Positions 39,196 to 51,495 of a DNA stretch of 64,000 bases are shown in pieces. The translations under genes and the position numbers were made by a program. A model generated the notes under the pieces. The model saw only the letters and a list, made by a program, of their open reading frames with translations, did no database searches and was not told where the DNA came from. How positions within the stretch are numbered: the stretch's first letter is position 1; every line of letters begins with the position of its first letter. Source of the DNA: an uncultured candidate division Zixibacteria bacterium (GTDB lineage Bacteria > Zixibacteria > MSB-5A5 > UBA10806 > 4484-95); the NCBI GenBank assembly GCA_963668625.2, contig CAXXKA010000010.1:288001-352000 (forward strand), written 5' to 3'.

Positions 39196-40656
39196 TTAGT
39201 TCAAATCCTGATAATTATCCTTTTCCTGATAAGATTGCTCCATTATAATCGGATGACCTCTGTTATAGTTTATATAGATATACGGTAAATTATCCTGTCT
39301 AAGCTTTTTTCTTTCATTATCCAACGAGGGTAAATCCTCTGTTTGTTCGTTATTTAAAATCAAGTGTATATCAAAACCGAATCGATATTTCAGGTAATGC
39401 CCCGGTCTGGCCCGGCCGGGTATGTTATCGAGTACCAAGTAATCGTAATTATTCCAGTCTATATTTAGTTGTTCGATACTTTCGCCAATTTGCCTGACCT
39501 CGTTATGGTTTTGCCTGTAGGCATAAATAGTGATATTAATAGCGATCGCTTGAATTACCAGATACAGGCTGAATGATATTGTCAGAATCCGGCGTTGGTT
39601 GACGTTCCAGGCTTCGTATAATCGACTGAATAATGAACCGAAAAGAACAGCTATCCCTAACGAGGGAATATAAAGAAGTTTGGTGGAGATTTTGTTTTCG
39701 TAGAATGAGGGAAGTATCAATGAGGCCAGGATGAAGACAATGAAAAATCTTTCCAACCTGTTGCCCTTGAAAAGCAGAATACCGAAGGCAGTCATTACGG
39801 AAATGAATCCGGTCAAATTAATAAATTTTATATATGGTAAAACAAACGGCGCATAAGCCGCGGTATATGTTTTTAGGTAGGGATGGCTCAAGTCGGGGAT
39901 GGCTATCCAGACAATGTAAGAATAAAGGTTTTTTAGAGCGTGTACACCGATGAAATAGTACTCGGTGGAGGGATCGCCCCAGCCAATTGCCATGAACCTG
40001 GTTGTCAGATATACTACGGCGATAATCCAATAGCCGGAGCTTTCGGATATACCACGGCGAATCGGTGTTCTTTCGATGATAAACGGGGCAATTGTCAAAA
40101 GTGCCGCGAAAATCAGAATATCCTCCACCATGTATATTGCCAGGGCAAAGAACAGGTATGAGAGATACAGCTTATACTTATATTGATTGTCGTGGTATTC
40201 AATAAAATAGTAGATACACGTAAAAATAGCCAGCGCCGAAATAAGGCGAACTATGCCGTAAGCCCACAATACCCCCTCGAAATGCTGAAAATAAATTCCG
40301 AAAAATAAAGCTGCTGATATTGCCGCCGTTTTGCCGAACCTCTTTTTCGTGAAAACATAAAGAAGATATACTATTGCCAGATGGAGTATGATATTAAGCA
40401 TATACCAGAGAGATGGATTATTTCCTAATATAATCGTTCGCAGTAGTATAACTATATTTGTAACCGGCCTGAAATTCGAAAGATTCTCCATCGAGATAAA
40501 ATCGAGCCGGCTGAAGCCATCCCTTAATAGTATTAATATTTGCCAGTCATCGGTATGGAAATCGTTGAACAACAGCATTATATGGGTGATAGCAACGCCA
40601 AGCAGTATAAGAATTATCGTGTGATCGTATTTTTTTTGCGTTTTCATATTTCGCAT
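39196..40656 (-). CDS. polytopic membrane protein, GT-C-like glycosyltransferase
   Basis: FHTDD after TM1, FRP, HFEGV.W, ~11 TM helices. Confidence 0.65.
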   Translation of the reverse strand: MRNMKTQKKYDHTIILILLGVAITHIMLLFNDFHTDDWQILILLRDGFSRLDFISMENLSNFRPVTNIVILLRTIILGNNPSLWYMLNIILHLAIVYLLYVFTKKRFGKTAAISAALFFGIYFQHFEGVLWAYGIVRLISALAIFTCIYYFIEYHDNQYKYKLYLSYLFFALAIYMVEDILIFAALLTIAPFIIERTPIRRGISESSGYWIIAVVYLTTRFMAIGWGDPSTEYYFIGVHALKNLYSYIVWIAIPDLSHPYLKTYTAAYAPFVLPYIKFINLTGFISVMTAFGILLFKGNRLERFFIVFILASLILPSFYENKISTKLLYIPSLGIAVLFGSLFSRLYEAWNVNQRRILTISFSLYLVIQAIAINITIYAYRQNHNEVRQIGESIEQLNIDWNNYDYLVLDNIPGRARPGHYLKYRFGFDIHLILNNEQTEDLPSLDNERKKLRQDNLPYIYINYNRGHPIIMEQSYQEKDNYQDLN

Positions 40657-40721
40657 TCGCCCTCAGCTTCGTATAATTGCACGATAAATGGATTATAACT
40701 AATTTCTTTACAGGAGGAAAC

Positions 40722-41105
40722 GTGAAAAAAGCAGTATATTCAAAAATGGCGCCGGACCCGATCGGGCCATATTCACAGGCGATTATATTCAATAATATGG
40801 TATTTTGCTCGGGGCAGATCCCGATTGATCTGGTAAGCGGAGAACTCGAGACCGGGCCTATCGAGAAACAAGCTCACCAGGCGTTTAAAAACCTGGCCAC
40901 GGTACTTCAAGCCGCCGGTAGCGGATTGGATAAGGTTATCAAGGTAACCGTCTATTTTAAAGACCTGAAAGATTTCGTGACAGTAAACGAAATTTACGGC
41001 GAGTATTTCCAGGGCGTGTTACCGGCTCGTGCGGCCATCGAGGTAGCCCGTTTGCCAAAGGATGCTTTAATCGAGGTCGAGGCTATAGGTTTCGTAGAAG
41101 GCTGA
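40722..41105 (+). CDS. ridA: RidA/YjgF family enamine-imine deaminase
   Basis: PIGPYSQA, SGQIP, PARAAIEVARLPKDALIEVEA; GGAGG before GTG 40722. Confidence 0.92.
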   Translation: MKKAVYSKMAPDPIGPYSQAIIFNNMVFCSGQIPIDLVSGELETGPIEKQAHQAFKNLATVLQAAGSGLDKVIKVTVYFKDLKDFVTVNEIYGEYFQGVLPARAAIEVARLPKDALIEVEAIGFVEG

Positions 41106-41176
41106 TAGATTAATAGTAAAAGTATTAATGGCAGTGGTGCTCAATTGAATATCACTGCTTTTTTTTATTCTTATTT

Positions 41177-41431
41177 CACTAGTGTCCGGTCTTTTCATCT
41201 CGTTGCGAAGCGCTGCTTCGCAACGTGGCTTGTTTGCCGGCAGAATGCGCATTCTACATGATTCAAGAAGGTTTCCAAGCAGCGCTTGGAAACCAGAAAA
41301 CCAAGCCTAACATCGGCAGGATATGTCAGGATGAATGATACGCTGAATAAAATAATTATATCGGAAAATATTTTTCATTAACAATTCCAAGGAGAAATTT
41401 AAAATTTAACGAAAAACACCGGACACTAGTG
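41177..41431. mobile_element. 255-bp MITE with IS4-type ends (copy 1)
   Basis: TIR CACTAGTGTCCGG/CCGGACACTAGTG; 9-bp TSD TTCTTATTT (41168-76, 41432-40). Confidence 0.92.
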
Positions 41432-41450
41432 TTCTTATTTGTGTAATACT

Positions 41451-42437
41451 TTACACTATAGACAAATTGGCTTTCTGTTTGGGTTTTTCTGTTGCAATCG
41501 AGGGGCTCATTAATTTGATAAATTCATAGACTACCCTGGGGTCGTAGCTGTCGGATTCCGAAAGCAAGATCTCCAGTGTTTTATATGTCGTTATAGAATC
41601 CTGGTAAACACGCTTGGTAGTCATGGCATCGAAACTATCGGCTACTGCGGTAATCATGCCGAACAACGGTATCTCATCGTATTCCTTGCCGTAGGGATAA
41701 CCATGACCGGAGAGGCGTTCGTGGTGCCAGAGTATAGGGGTCAGCGCATTTTTAGGAATAACCGGATTACTGGAGGCAATATCGAGACCGTGCAACACAT
41801 GCTCCTGAATAACTTTAAACTCATCGGCGGTCAACCTGTCGGGCTTATACAATATGCTTTTTGGGATTCTACTTTTACCGATATCATGTAGCATCGCTCC
41901 TAAACCCAGTTCGTACAAATCGGTTTTGCTTATGCCCAGGGCTTTGCCGATTGCCACGCTATAGGTCGCTACATTAGCGCAATGGTTTACCAGGCTATAG
42001 TCCAATGGCATGAGTTCGACTATTTTTTTGAAACCGCCTTCATCTTTCAGGTGAAGATCGATCATGCTTTTAACAACATTGGAGGAACGTTTGATTACAT
42101 CAGGAGAGGTTGGGTTCTGGATCAGGTCGCGGGCTATATTTATACTGCTTTCATATAACAACTGGCGTTTCTTCTCGGGGGCAACCGATGGATCGGCTAA
42201 TATGCCGGGCAGGTTGTTTTCTATATAACGGGCGAATTTGTCACTGTCCTGATTCGATATGAATAATGTCATGACCCCATGATCTATCAGGTTCCTGCGA
42301 ACGCGGTCGTTGAACGGCACTTTACTGGAACGATAAAGCACGAAACCCTGGCGGGTAGTGATAAATAGGTCAACTCCGAGAATCGTATCGATTCTCAAGA
42401 GTTCAAGGTTGATTGGTATGAAATTAGTTTTATCCAC
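41451..42437 (-). CDS. HD-GYP domain protein (c-di-GMP phosphodiesterase-like)
   Basis: LHDIGK, HHERLSGHGYPYG, VADSFDAMTT.RVY. Confidence 0.9.
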   Translation of the reverse strand: MDKTNFIPINLELLRIDTILGVDLFITTRQGFVLYRSSKVPFNDRVRRNLIDHGVMTLFISNQDSDKFARYIENNLPGILADPSVAPEKKRQLLYESSINIARDLIQNPTSPDVIKRSSNVVKSMIDLHLKDEGGFKKIVELMPLDYSLVNHCANVATYSVAIGKALGISKTDLYELGLGAMLHDIGKSRIPKSILYKPDRLTADEFKVIQEHVLHGLDIASSNPVIPKNALTPILWHHERLSGHGYPYGKEYDEIPLFGMITAVADSFDAMTTKRVYQDSITTYKTLEILLSESDSYDPRVVYEFIKLMSPSIATEKPKQKANLSIV

Positions 42438-42661
42438 ATTTTATTAATCGGCTTTTTTTCAGGCGATTATAATTATTGAGACTAAAGTTAACCCATTCGA
42501 ATCAGTTTTAAACGATAACCGTGTTTCAAGTCGCATATCCTCATTGTCAGATTAATCTTGCCCCTTATATCCGAGTGTACTATTTTCAATGTAAGCGGCG
42601 CTTATACAGGGAAGGTGGCGTTGCTTTATTATATTCTCGATATGGTGATAAGGAGACGATA

Positions 42662-43201
42662 ATGGATAAACGCGAGCGATTAAAACATCTAATACTGGAA
42701 AAGGCCGTAAAGAGAGGCGACTTTACCCTGGCCTCCGGTCAAAAATCAACTTATTACATTAACGGTAAACTGGTTGCTTTAGACTCCGAGGGATTGGCCT
42801 TGATGGCGGAGTTTTTCTTGGCCGAGATCGAGCAGGACGATATCGAGGCGATCGGTGGGATGGTTATCGGCGCCGATCCGATTGTAGGCGCTATTCTTAC
42901 CACGGCCCATAATAAGGGTATCAAACTCGATGGTTTCCTGGTTCGCAAAGAGCCCAAAGGGCATGGTACCCGTTCGCAGATAGAGGGGCCGGTAAAAGAG
43001 GGCGCTAAGGTTGCGATTATCGAGGATGTCTCCACCACCGGCGGGTCCTCCAAGAAAGCTATTGATGCTCTTAAAGGTCTTGGCTGTGATATAGTCAAGG
43101 TGATAACACTGGTAGATCGTCAGCAGGGAGCCGCCGAGAATTTCGCCAGGTGGGGATACGAGTTCAGTTCGGTATTTACTAAGGAAGAGCTGGGCCTTTA
43201 A
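42662..43201 (+). CDS. pyrE: orotate phosphoribosyltransferase
   Basis: GDFTLASG..S.YY, VRKEPKGHG, IEDVSTTGGS, LVDR; GGAG before ATG 42662. Confidence 0.95.
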   Translation: MDKRERLKHLILEKAVKRGDFTLASGQKSTYYINGKLVALDSEGLALMAEFFLAEIEQDDIEAIGGMVIGADPIVGAILTTAHNKGIKLDGFLVRKEPKGHGTRSQIEGPVKEGAKVAIIEDVSTTGGSSKKAIDALKGLGCDIVKVITLVDRQQGAAENFARWGYEFSSVFTKEELGL

Positions 43202-43397
43202 AAATTTTCGCCGGCCTGGATTATTTCATATATCATTTTATCGAGACGTGAGCAAAACCCATCGAAAGAAATAACGTATAAGTATTTCGAATTACATTTA
43301 AAAGCTACGATTCGATACAACGATTGTTTCCAATGGTTGGGATTACGTTCTCCCGTACAAACTGGTCTGCCTGCTAACGAAAGCTGGCGGACGAGGA

Positions 43398-43572
43398 GGG
43401 GCTGTCCAAAAAGTTTTATACGTTGGGGGATGTAGAGACAGTCACGCCAGTTCTGTCCGGGGGGATGGGGGAGATGGACTGCCTACTCCAAGCGGGGGTT
43501 CGGACAGATCAGTTATCTGTCCTTACGAAAAGATAAAAGATATAGATTCATAAAGGATTTTGGGACAGCCTC
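43398..43572. mobile_element. ~175-bp MITE with IS1182/IS5-like ends
   Basis: GGGGCTGTCCAAAAA ... TTTTGGGACAGCCTC TIRs, flanked by GA on both sides. Confidence 0.65.
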
Positions 43573-44081
43573 GAAACATACGCCAGCCTCTGAACTTATC
43601 GACCTAAAAAAAATACGTCTGGCAGGAATGTCCAACCTCTCAATGTGTATTTAAATGAGCGGCACACGACCGGAGGCCGACTCATAAGCAGATAGATTGC
43701 CGCGTCGTCTCCAGCTCTTTGTATTTATTGCAATACAAAATGTTGAAATGCATATCTACACTTTAGGCGTTGCTCTAAATAGCCCATTTGCATTATCAGC
43801 TCACGGTATTACTCTGGTTATATGATGAAATTAAGCAAAAAGTTATCTCGAGCTGAAAATGTATCATTATAGCATTAACACATATGGTCATTTATAATCA
43901 ATCATTCTGCTAAAACCTTTAGCTAATCGCTATCCGTGTCGATGCAAAATATAACAATATGGTGCAACGTGAAACGCGAACAGGGGGTTAGCGAAAGTAT
44001 TTTGTTAACGTCTGAACCATAAGGAAAATTAATTGTTACAACATCGATATTGCTTAAAAGCAAATGCCTTAAGGAGGTCAT

Positions 44082-45827
44082 ATGAAAAAGGCTTTAATCG
44101 CTACTATGCTGTTACTCAGCATAATTTCCGCGGAATCGCTGGCGACGATCATCAACGTACCTGATGATGTATCGACTATCCAACTCGGTATAAACGCCTG
44201 CGTTAACGGTGATACGGTCCTGGTACAACCGGGGACATATCAGGAGAACATCACTTTCTACTCTTACATTATCACTCTGGCATCATACTACCTGACTACC
44301 GGTGATGAATCCTATATTTCCGCTACGGTTATCGAGGGACATGGTTCTAATCCGGTCGTGATGTTCAGCGATCATGGAGTTAACTCAGCCTATCTTGTCG
44401 GATTCACGATTACCGGCGGTAATACCGCGTACGGTGGAGGTGTTTACAGCACGAACTCCAGTCCGGTAATCATGAATAATATCATTACCGGAAACTACGC
44501 TACATACGGCGGTGGTATTTACAGCATAAACTCCAGTGCGAATATTCACGACAACAAGATTATCGAAAACACCGGCATGTACGGTGGCGGTGTTTGCATA
44601 TTTCAGAATGGAGCTACCCTGAGTACGAATACTATCGAGGGCAATGTCTCCACGGATTGGGGCGGCGGAGTGTTGTTATACTCGACCAGTTGCAATATGT
44701 ATTTGAATATGGTATCGGGTAATTCCGCGGTCACGGGCGGCGGCGTTTATTACTACTATTCGAACGGTATCAGCACCAATAATATCGTGATGGATAACAG
44801 TGCGACCGATGGCGCCGGCATTTACAGCGAAAACGCTAACCCGACTTTCGTGAATAATGTCGTCTACAGTAACCAGGCAACCGGATCGGGAGGCGGGATT
44901 TACAGCCATATGGAAAACGTGCCGTTCGTCGCCAATTCGATTTTCTGGGACAATACGGCCGGTATATACGGGCCACAAATTTACTCGCCCGATGTAACGG
45001 CGGATGTCAGTTATTGTGTGGTTGAGGACGGCTGGCAAGGAGAATATATTATCGATATGAATCCGATGTTCCGGGATGTTGATAACGGAGATTTTCATTT
45101 GATGGCGACCGAATACGGTTACCCTCTTGATTCTCCGTGTATCGATGCGGGGCATCCTGATATTTGGGATTTAACACATGACAGCATGTGGGGACTGGGT
45201 ACTTACCTTAGCGATATAGGCGCATATGGCGGCCGTGATACGGCTCAGGTGTTGCCTGCGCCGATGCTTGTTTCCCCCTCTGACGGCGAGACAGTTGAAG
45301 GATTCGCGCCGATGTTGATGTGGGAGATGGAACCGGGAGCGGACTCGTACGAGGTACAGGTCGATAACGAGACCACGTTCTTGCTGCCCAACCGTGAGTA
45401 TGTATCCAACATGGCCGAGTGGACTGTCGAGCCTGATCTCTTATTCGGGGTCTGGTACTGGCGTGTACGCTCGCATAATCAGCTCGGTTATAGCGATTGG
45501 TCAGAGGTCTGGGAGTTTACTATACTCGGTTCGGATGTTGACGATTCGCCGGAGAATATCGCTCGCGAGTACAGCCTGAGCCAGAGTTATCCCAACCCCT
45601 TTAACGCCCAAACATCCATAACGATTGGTTTACCCGAGGCCGGTCATGTCAGGCTCGATATATACGATATGCTGGGCCGGAAAGTACAGACACTGATCGA
45701 CGGCTACCAGGAGGCAGGATATCATAACGTAACCTGGAACGCGGCCAATCAGAGTTCTGGTATATATCTCTACAGGGTAGAAACCGATAGCTATACCGAG
45801 ACAAAGCGCATGCTTTTGCTGAAGTAG
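44082..45827 (+). CDS. secreted right-handed beta-helix (Pmp-like GGGIY repeats) protein with FN3-like domain and T9SS-A/FlgD-like CTD
   Basis: signal peptide, GDTVLVQPGTY, N.A..GGG[IV]Y repeats, DFHL...SPCIDAG, SYPNPFN...RMLLLK. Confidence 0.85.
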   Translation: MKKALIATMLLLSIISAESLATIINVPDDVSTIQLGINACVNGDTVLVQPGTYQENITFYSYIITLASYYLTTGDESYISATVIEGHGSNPVVMFSDHGVNSAYLVGFTITGGNTAYGGGVYSTNSSPVIMNNIITGNYATYGGGIYSINSSANIHDNKIIENTGMYGGGVCIFQNGATLSTNTIEGNVSTDWGGGVLLYSTSCNMYLNMVSGNSAVTGGGVYYYYSNGISTNNIVMDNSATDGAGIYSENANPTFVNNVVYSNQATGSGGGIYSHMENVPFVANSIFWDNTAGIYGPQIYSPDVTADVSYCVVEDGWQGEYIIDMNPMFRDVDNGDFHLMATEYGYPLDSPCIDAGHPDIWDLTHDSMWGLGTYLSDIGAYGGRDTAQVLPAPMLVSPSDGETVEGFAPMLMWEMEPGADSYEVQVDNETTFLLPNREYVSNMAEWTVEPDLLFGVWYWRVRSHNQLGYSDWSEVWEFTILGSDVDDSPENIAREYSLSQSYPNPFNAQTSITIGLPEAGHVRLDIYDMLGRKVQTLIDGYQEAGYHNVTWNAANQSSGIYLYRVETDSYTETKRMLLLK

Positions 45828-45860
45828 AATATAATGCCGTTTGATCGAAATAGTCGGTAA

Positions 45861-45894
45861 ACGAAAAGCCCTCCATTGCGAGGGCTTTTTTCGT
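45861..45894. terminator. bidirectional terminator
   Basis: AAAAGCCCT..AGGGCTTTTTT between convergent genes. Confidence 0.8.
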
Positions 45895-45918
45895 GATGAC
45901 ATTTTTGTATAATAGAAA

Positions 45919-46422
45919 TTATTTCACCAGCATCATCTTCCTGGTATTTGAATAATTACCGGCTTGTAACTTATAGAAATACACACCGGAGGAGACATCT
46001 GAGGCATCCCATATTACCTGATGATATCCTGCCGGTTGTTCGCCGTTTTGCAGACATCTGACTTGCCGTCCTAGAATATCGTAGATATTGATAGTGACCT
46101 GTGACTGTATAGGCAGTTCATAGCTTATTACTGTTTGAGCGTTGAACGGGTTGGGGTAGTTTACGGAGAGACTGGTTTGTTTCGGAATTGACATTCCCGT
46201 CTCATCAATATCAACTATTCCATCGCCACCGCTGTAAGCGCCCATATCCGAGCGTATTTCTCCCAAACCCCATTCGCAGTCAAGAAGCGAATCGAGAATA
46301 GTAGGTTTGCCCATATCGATACAGGGCGAATCGATACTATCACCGCATTCGATAGCCATAAGATGGAAATCACCGTTTTCAGGATTGCGGAAGAGAGGAT
46401 CGAGATCAAGGTTCCCCTAACC
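45919..46422 (-). pseudogene. 5'-truncated relic of a beta-helix/CTD secreted protein
   Basis: G*GNLDLDPLFRNPENGDFHLMAIECGDSIDSPCIDMG...NYPNPFN...KMMLVK; in-frame TAG at 46417-19; no signal peptide. Confidence 0.7.
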
Positions 46423-46544
46423 TCTCATTCAAGCCACTAAATTAACACGAGTCTAAATATTAATTTAGCAATAAATCTAAATCTTACAAGAGCTTTCATA
46501 TATTTAACCTTACCTCACAATTCTTGATTTTCTTAAAATATCCC

Positions 46545-46573
46545 TTGACACTCATACCTCAAATTTATACATT
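46545..46573 (+). promoter_or_regulatory. sigma70-type promoter of groESL
   Basis: TTGACA (46545-50), 17 bp spacer, TACATT (46568-73). Confidence 0.7.
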
Positions 46574-46587
46574 CGCCGGGAACATAA

Positions 46588-46614
46588 TTAGCACTCAATG
46601 CGTTAGAGTGCTAA
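46588..46614 (+). promoter_or_regulatory. CIRCE element (HrcA operator)
   Basis: perfect TTAGCACTC-N9-GAGTGCTAA. Confidence 0.97.
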
Positions 46615-46696
46615 CAGAAGACGATAAGTAAATGGAGTTAAGCAAGTTAAGTAATAGCAACAACTAACAATAAAAGTTCTTTTAAGGAGGAGCTTT

Positions 46697-46981
46697 ATGA
46701 CAATAAAGCCGCTTCAAGACCGAGTTCTGGTTAAAGCTTTAGAGGAAGTCGAAGTTAAAAAAGGCAGTATCATTATCCCCGATACCGCCAAAGAACGCCC
46801 GATGCAGGGTGAAATCGTTGAAGTCGGTCCCGGCAAAGTCGAGGATGGCAAGACTATCGCGATGAGTGTGAAGAAAGGCGACAAGGTGCTCTATGGTAAG
46901 TATTCCGGCACCGAGGTCACCGTTGATGATGTCGAGTACCTGATTATGCGCGAGGCTGATATTCTCGCGATTATCTCATAA
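46697..46981 (+). CDS. groES: co-chaperonin GroES
   Basis: [29 protein letters not shown]. Confidence 0.98.
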   Translation: MTIKPLQDRVLVKALEEVEVKKGSIIIPDTAKERPMQGEIVEVGPGKVEDGKTIAMSVKKGDKVLYGKYSGTEVTVDDVEYLIMREADILAIIS

Positions 46982-46991
46982 GGAGAATTAA

Positions 46992-48647
<1,656 letters not shown>

Positions 48648-48694
48648 ACCGATTACCTAAATTAAAAATACACAGCAATGTAATTGCATACTTA

Positions 48695-48725
48695 AGAGCG
48701 CTCGGTTTCGGGCGCTCTTTTTTTG
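48695..48725 (+). terminator. groESL terminator
   Basis: AGAGCGCTCG-GTTT-CGGGCGCTCTTTTTTT. Confidence 0.85.
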
Positions 48726-48732
48726 TAGGCCT

Positions 48733-48928
48733 GTGGCCGGCAGACATCCCCCGCCTGCCACTTACGGTAGTTCATGCGGTAATTGGGGCAGATGGGGACA
48801 TCTGCCGCCCACGAAAAGTTATCCCGGACTTGATTTGGGAACTAACACTGTGACTGGCATACGTCCTCGTCTGCTGCTTATGGGTAGCGCGCCGGTAAAT
48901 GGGGCAGATGAGGATATTTGCCGCCCAT
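48733..48928. repeat. two tandem REP doublets (GTGG family)
   Basis: GTGGCCGGCAGACATCCCCCGCCTGCC paired with GGCAGATGGGGACATCTGCCGCCCAC, repeated at 48850-48928. Confidence 0.7.
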
Positions 48929-48957
48929 ATAGCCATTTTTTATAAATGAACTTTTCC

Positions 48958-49212
48958 CACTACTGTCCGGTCTTTTCATCTCGTTGCGAAGCGCTGCTTC
49001 GCAACGTGGCTTGTTTGCCGGCAGAATGCGCATTCTACATGATTCAAGAAGGTTTCCAAGCAGCGCTTGGAAACCAGAAAACCAAGCCTAACATCGGCAG
49101 GATATGTCAGGATGAATGATACGCTGAATAAAATAATTATATCGGAAAATATTTTTCATTAACAATTCCAAGGAGAAACTTAAAATTTAACGAAAAACAC
49201 CGGACACTAGTG
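48958..49212. mobile_element. 255-bp MITE with IS4-type ends (copy 2)
   Basis: near-identical to 41177-41431; TIR CACTACTGTCCGG; 9-bp TSD AACTTTTCC (48949-57, 49213-21). Confidence 0.92.
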
Positions 49213-49310
49213 AACTTTTCCGATAATTAAATGTATAACTTTTCAATTATGAAAACGTAAACTACCGATAAATAGAATGTATATAAGGATGAAAGGATAC
49301 TGATATCAAA

Positions 49311-49727
49311 TTGCTCCCCATTAAATATATCTCCTTAAAATCGCTATACAGAATAGCCGCGATACTTTTCGGGTTGTTCTTACTGACAATCATATTGGTT
49401 GCGGATTTGCGGCCATATTCGTTTTATCGTATATACACTATTCCTTTCGGTGATAAAGTCAGTCATTTTTTATTGATGGGGGGATTCGCGTTCGTGGTTA
49501 ATCTTGCGCTATCGTGTAGAACCTTTGTTTGTAGAAACAGGCGAATTCCAACAGGTTCGGCCATAGTATTAATCCTGGTACTTCTCGAGGAATTTTCGCA
49601 AATCTTTTTCCCCTATAGAACATTTTCTATCGGCGATATAATCGCAGATGTCGGTGGAATCGTAACGTTCAGCTATCTGGCGCTGTGGTTTCAAAGAAAG
49701 CTGAATGCTTATATAAGCAAGCAATAG
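49311..49727 (+). CDS. VanZ family protein
   Basis: DKVSHF, EEFSQ.FFP.RTFS..DIIAD. Confidence 0.8.
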   Translation: MLPIKYISLKSLYRIAAILFGLFLLTIILVADLRPYSFYRIYTIPFGDKVSHFLLMGGFAFVVNLALSCRTFVCRNRRIPTGSAIVLILVLLEEFSQIFFPYRTFSIGDIIADVGGIVTFSYLALWFQRKLNAYISKQ

Positions 49728-49896
49728 CCAATCATGTTTTTGTCTCTGAAGTGTATATTATTCTATCGCTATCAATTTCAACGCCCCTTTGAATTATCCA
49801 GAACAAAATATATATCAATCATGAAAATATTATCAGGTTAATCCTCAGGCTTTCTCTATAGTGAACCAAATTCTACGAAAAATCCAGCCATGAAAT

Positions 49897-50721
49897 TTAC
49901 GCGCGTTTCAATATAAACGGCCTTATCAGAAACGATATCAAATATCCGACGCTGGCTAAAATTATAATTGTCGCGCCGGAGGTAATGCTGAATGCCGCCG
50001 AGATAATCAGGCCGGCAGTGGTGAAGATCGCGCCGAGGATGACGGAGTAAAACATCGTGCGCTCTAAGGTCAGATGGAACTGCACCACGATTGCCGCCGG
50101 TATCGTTAAAAGAGATATCACCAGGATGATTCCGACCGCGCGTATCATCACGACAACGGTTAACGCGATCAAGCAAAACAGGAGGATATTCAGTAATTTT
50201 ACGGGTAACCCGGAGATCACCGCGTGTTCCTCATCGAATGTGAGCGCTTTGAACTCTTTAAACATGGCCAGGGTAATAGCTATGATCACCAGGTCCATCA
50301 CTGCAATGGTGATCAGGTCGGAGGTCGGTACTGTCAGGATATTACCGAACAGGTAGCTCATCAAGTTAGGCGCGTAGCCGGGCGTTTTGTCTATCAGGAA
50401 TATGCCGATTGCCATACCCATAGCCCACATGATACCAACCAGCGTATCCTCTCGTTGTTCGGCGTGGTGGCGCACGGCGGCAATACCGAAAGCTGCCAGC
50501 AGGCTGAATATCATGGCGCCGATAATGGGATTGAATCCGAAGAAGTAGCCCAGCCCGATGCCGCCATAAGCGGTATGGCTGATACCGCCCGCCAGGAATA
50601 CGATCCTCTTGACGACAACGAACGTGCCTATTATACCGCAGGCGACACTTACCAACAAACCGGTTAGTATGGCATGCCGCATGAAATCGAATTGCCAGAG
50701 ATCGGCTAACTGTTCAAGCAT
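49897..50721 (-). CDS. znuB: Zn/Mn ABC transporter permease
   Basis: GGISHTAYGG, YLFGNIL, VGIILVISLLTIPA. Confidence 0.88.
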   Translation of the reverse strand: MLEQLADLWQFDFMRHAILTGLLVSVACGIIGTFVVVKRIVFLAGGISHTAYGGIGLGYFFGFNPIIGAMIFSLLAAFGIAAVRHHAEQREDTLVGIMWAMGMAIGIFLIDKTPGYAPNLMSYLFGNILTVPTSDLITIAVMDLVIIAITLAMFKEFKALTFDEEHAVISGLPVKLLNILLFCLIALTVVVMIRAVGIILVISLLTIPAAIVVQFHLTLERTMFYSVILGAIFTTAGLIISAAFSITSGATIIILASVGYLISFLIRPFILKRA

Positions 50722-51493
50722 CGTTTTCTCCGTGGCGGTGATGATGGTTTAAAACTCGGTGCGGCGTGCCGTGAGCTATTAAATCTACCGGGCAACCGTA
50801 CACCGATTCGATAACCTCGGGTGTCAGGTCTTTCGATCCGTGATGATGCAGTTTGATGTTCAAGCAGGCAATCGATTTGACGTACTTCGAGATGGCTCCG
50901 ATATCGTGCGAGACCATTATTATCGTCATCGAGCTGTTTAGCTCTTTGAGCAACTCATACAGCCCGGTTTCGGATTCGACATCGATACTGGAGGTAGGCT
51001 CATCCAGGAGCATAATTTTGGGATGCGAGGTCAGGGCGCGGGCGATCAAAACTCGTTGAAGCTGCCCGCCCGATAACTGGCCTATCTGACGTTTCTTGTA
51101 CGACAGCATATCGGTTTTCTTCAATGAATCCTCGGCCAGGTCTTTATCGACTTTGCTGTAATGTTTGAATATCCGAGACTTTCCCAACCGTCCCATCAAC
51201 ACGACATCCCAGACATTTATCGGGTATTGTCTGTCGAAAGTGGTGTACTGCGGAACATAGCCGATCAAAGGTCTATTCTGAGATGGCGATTTACCGAATA
51301 TTCTTACTTTGCCTTTCGATGGCCTGATCAAGCCCAGCAGGGTTTTGAGCAGGGTAGTTTTACCGCCGCCGTTGGGACCGATAATACCGAGGTAATCGCG
51401 ATGTGCGACATTGAAATCTATATCCTCGAGTACTACCAGGCCGTTATATTTTACGTATATGTGGTCGAAACTTATCGCCGGGATTTCACTCAT
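50714..51493 (-). CDS. znuC: Zn/Mn ABC transporter ATPase
   Basis: GPNGGGKT, LSGGQLQR, LLDEP, His-rich C-terminus. Confidence 0.88.
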   Translation of the reverse strand: MSEIPAISFDHIYVKYNGLVVLEDIDFNVAHRDYLGIIGPNGGGKTTLLKTLLGLIRPSKGKVRIFGKSPSQNRPLIGYVPQYTTFDRQYPINVWDVVLMGRLGKSRIFKHYSKVDKDLAEDSLKKTDMLSYKKRQIGQLSGGQLQRVLIARALTSHPKIMLLDEPTSSIDVESETGLYELLKELNSSMTIIMVSHDIGAISKYVKSIACLNIKLHHHGSKDLTPEVIESVYGCPVDLIAHGTPHRVLNHHHRHGENDA

Positions 51494-51495
51494 TT

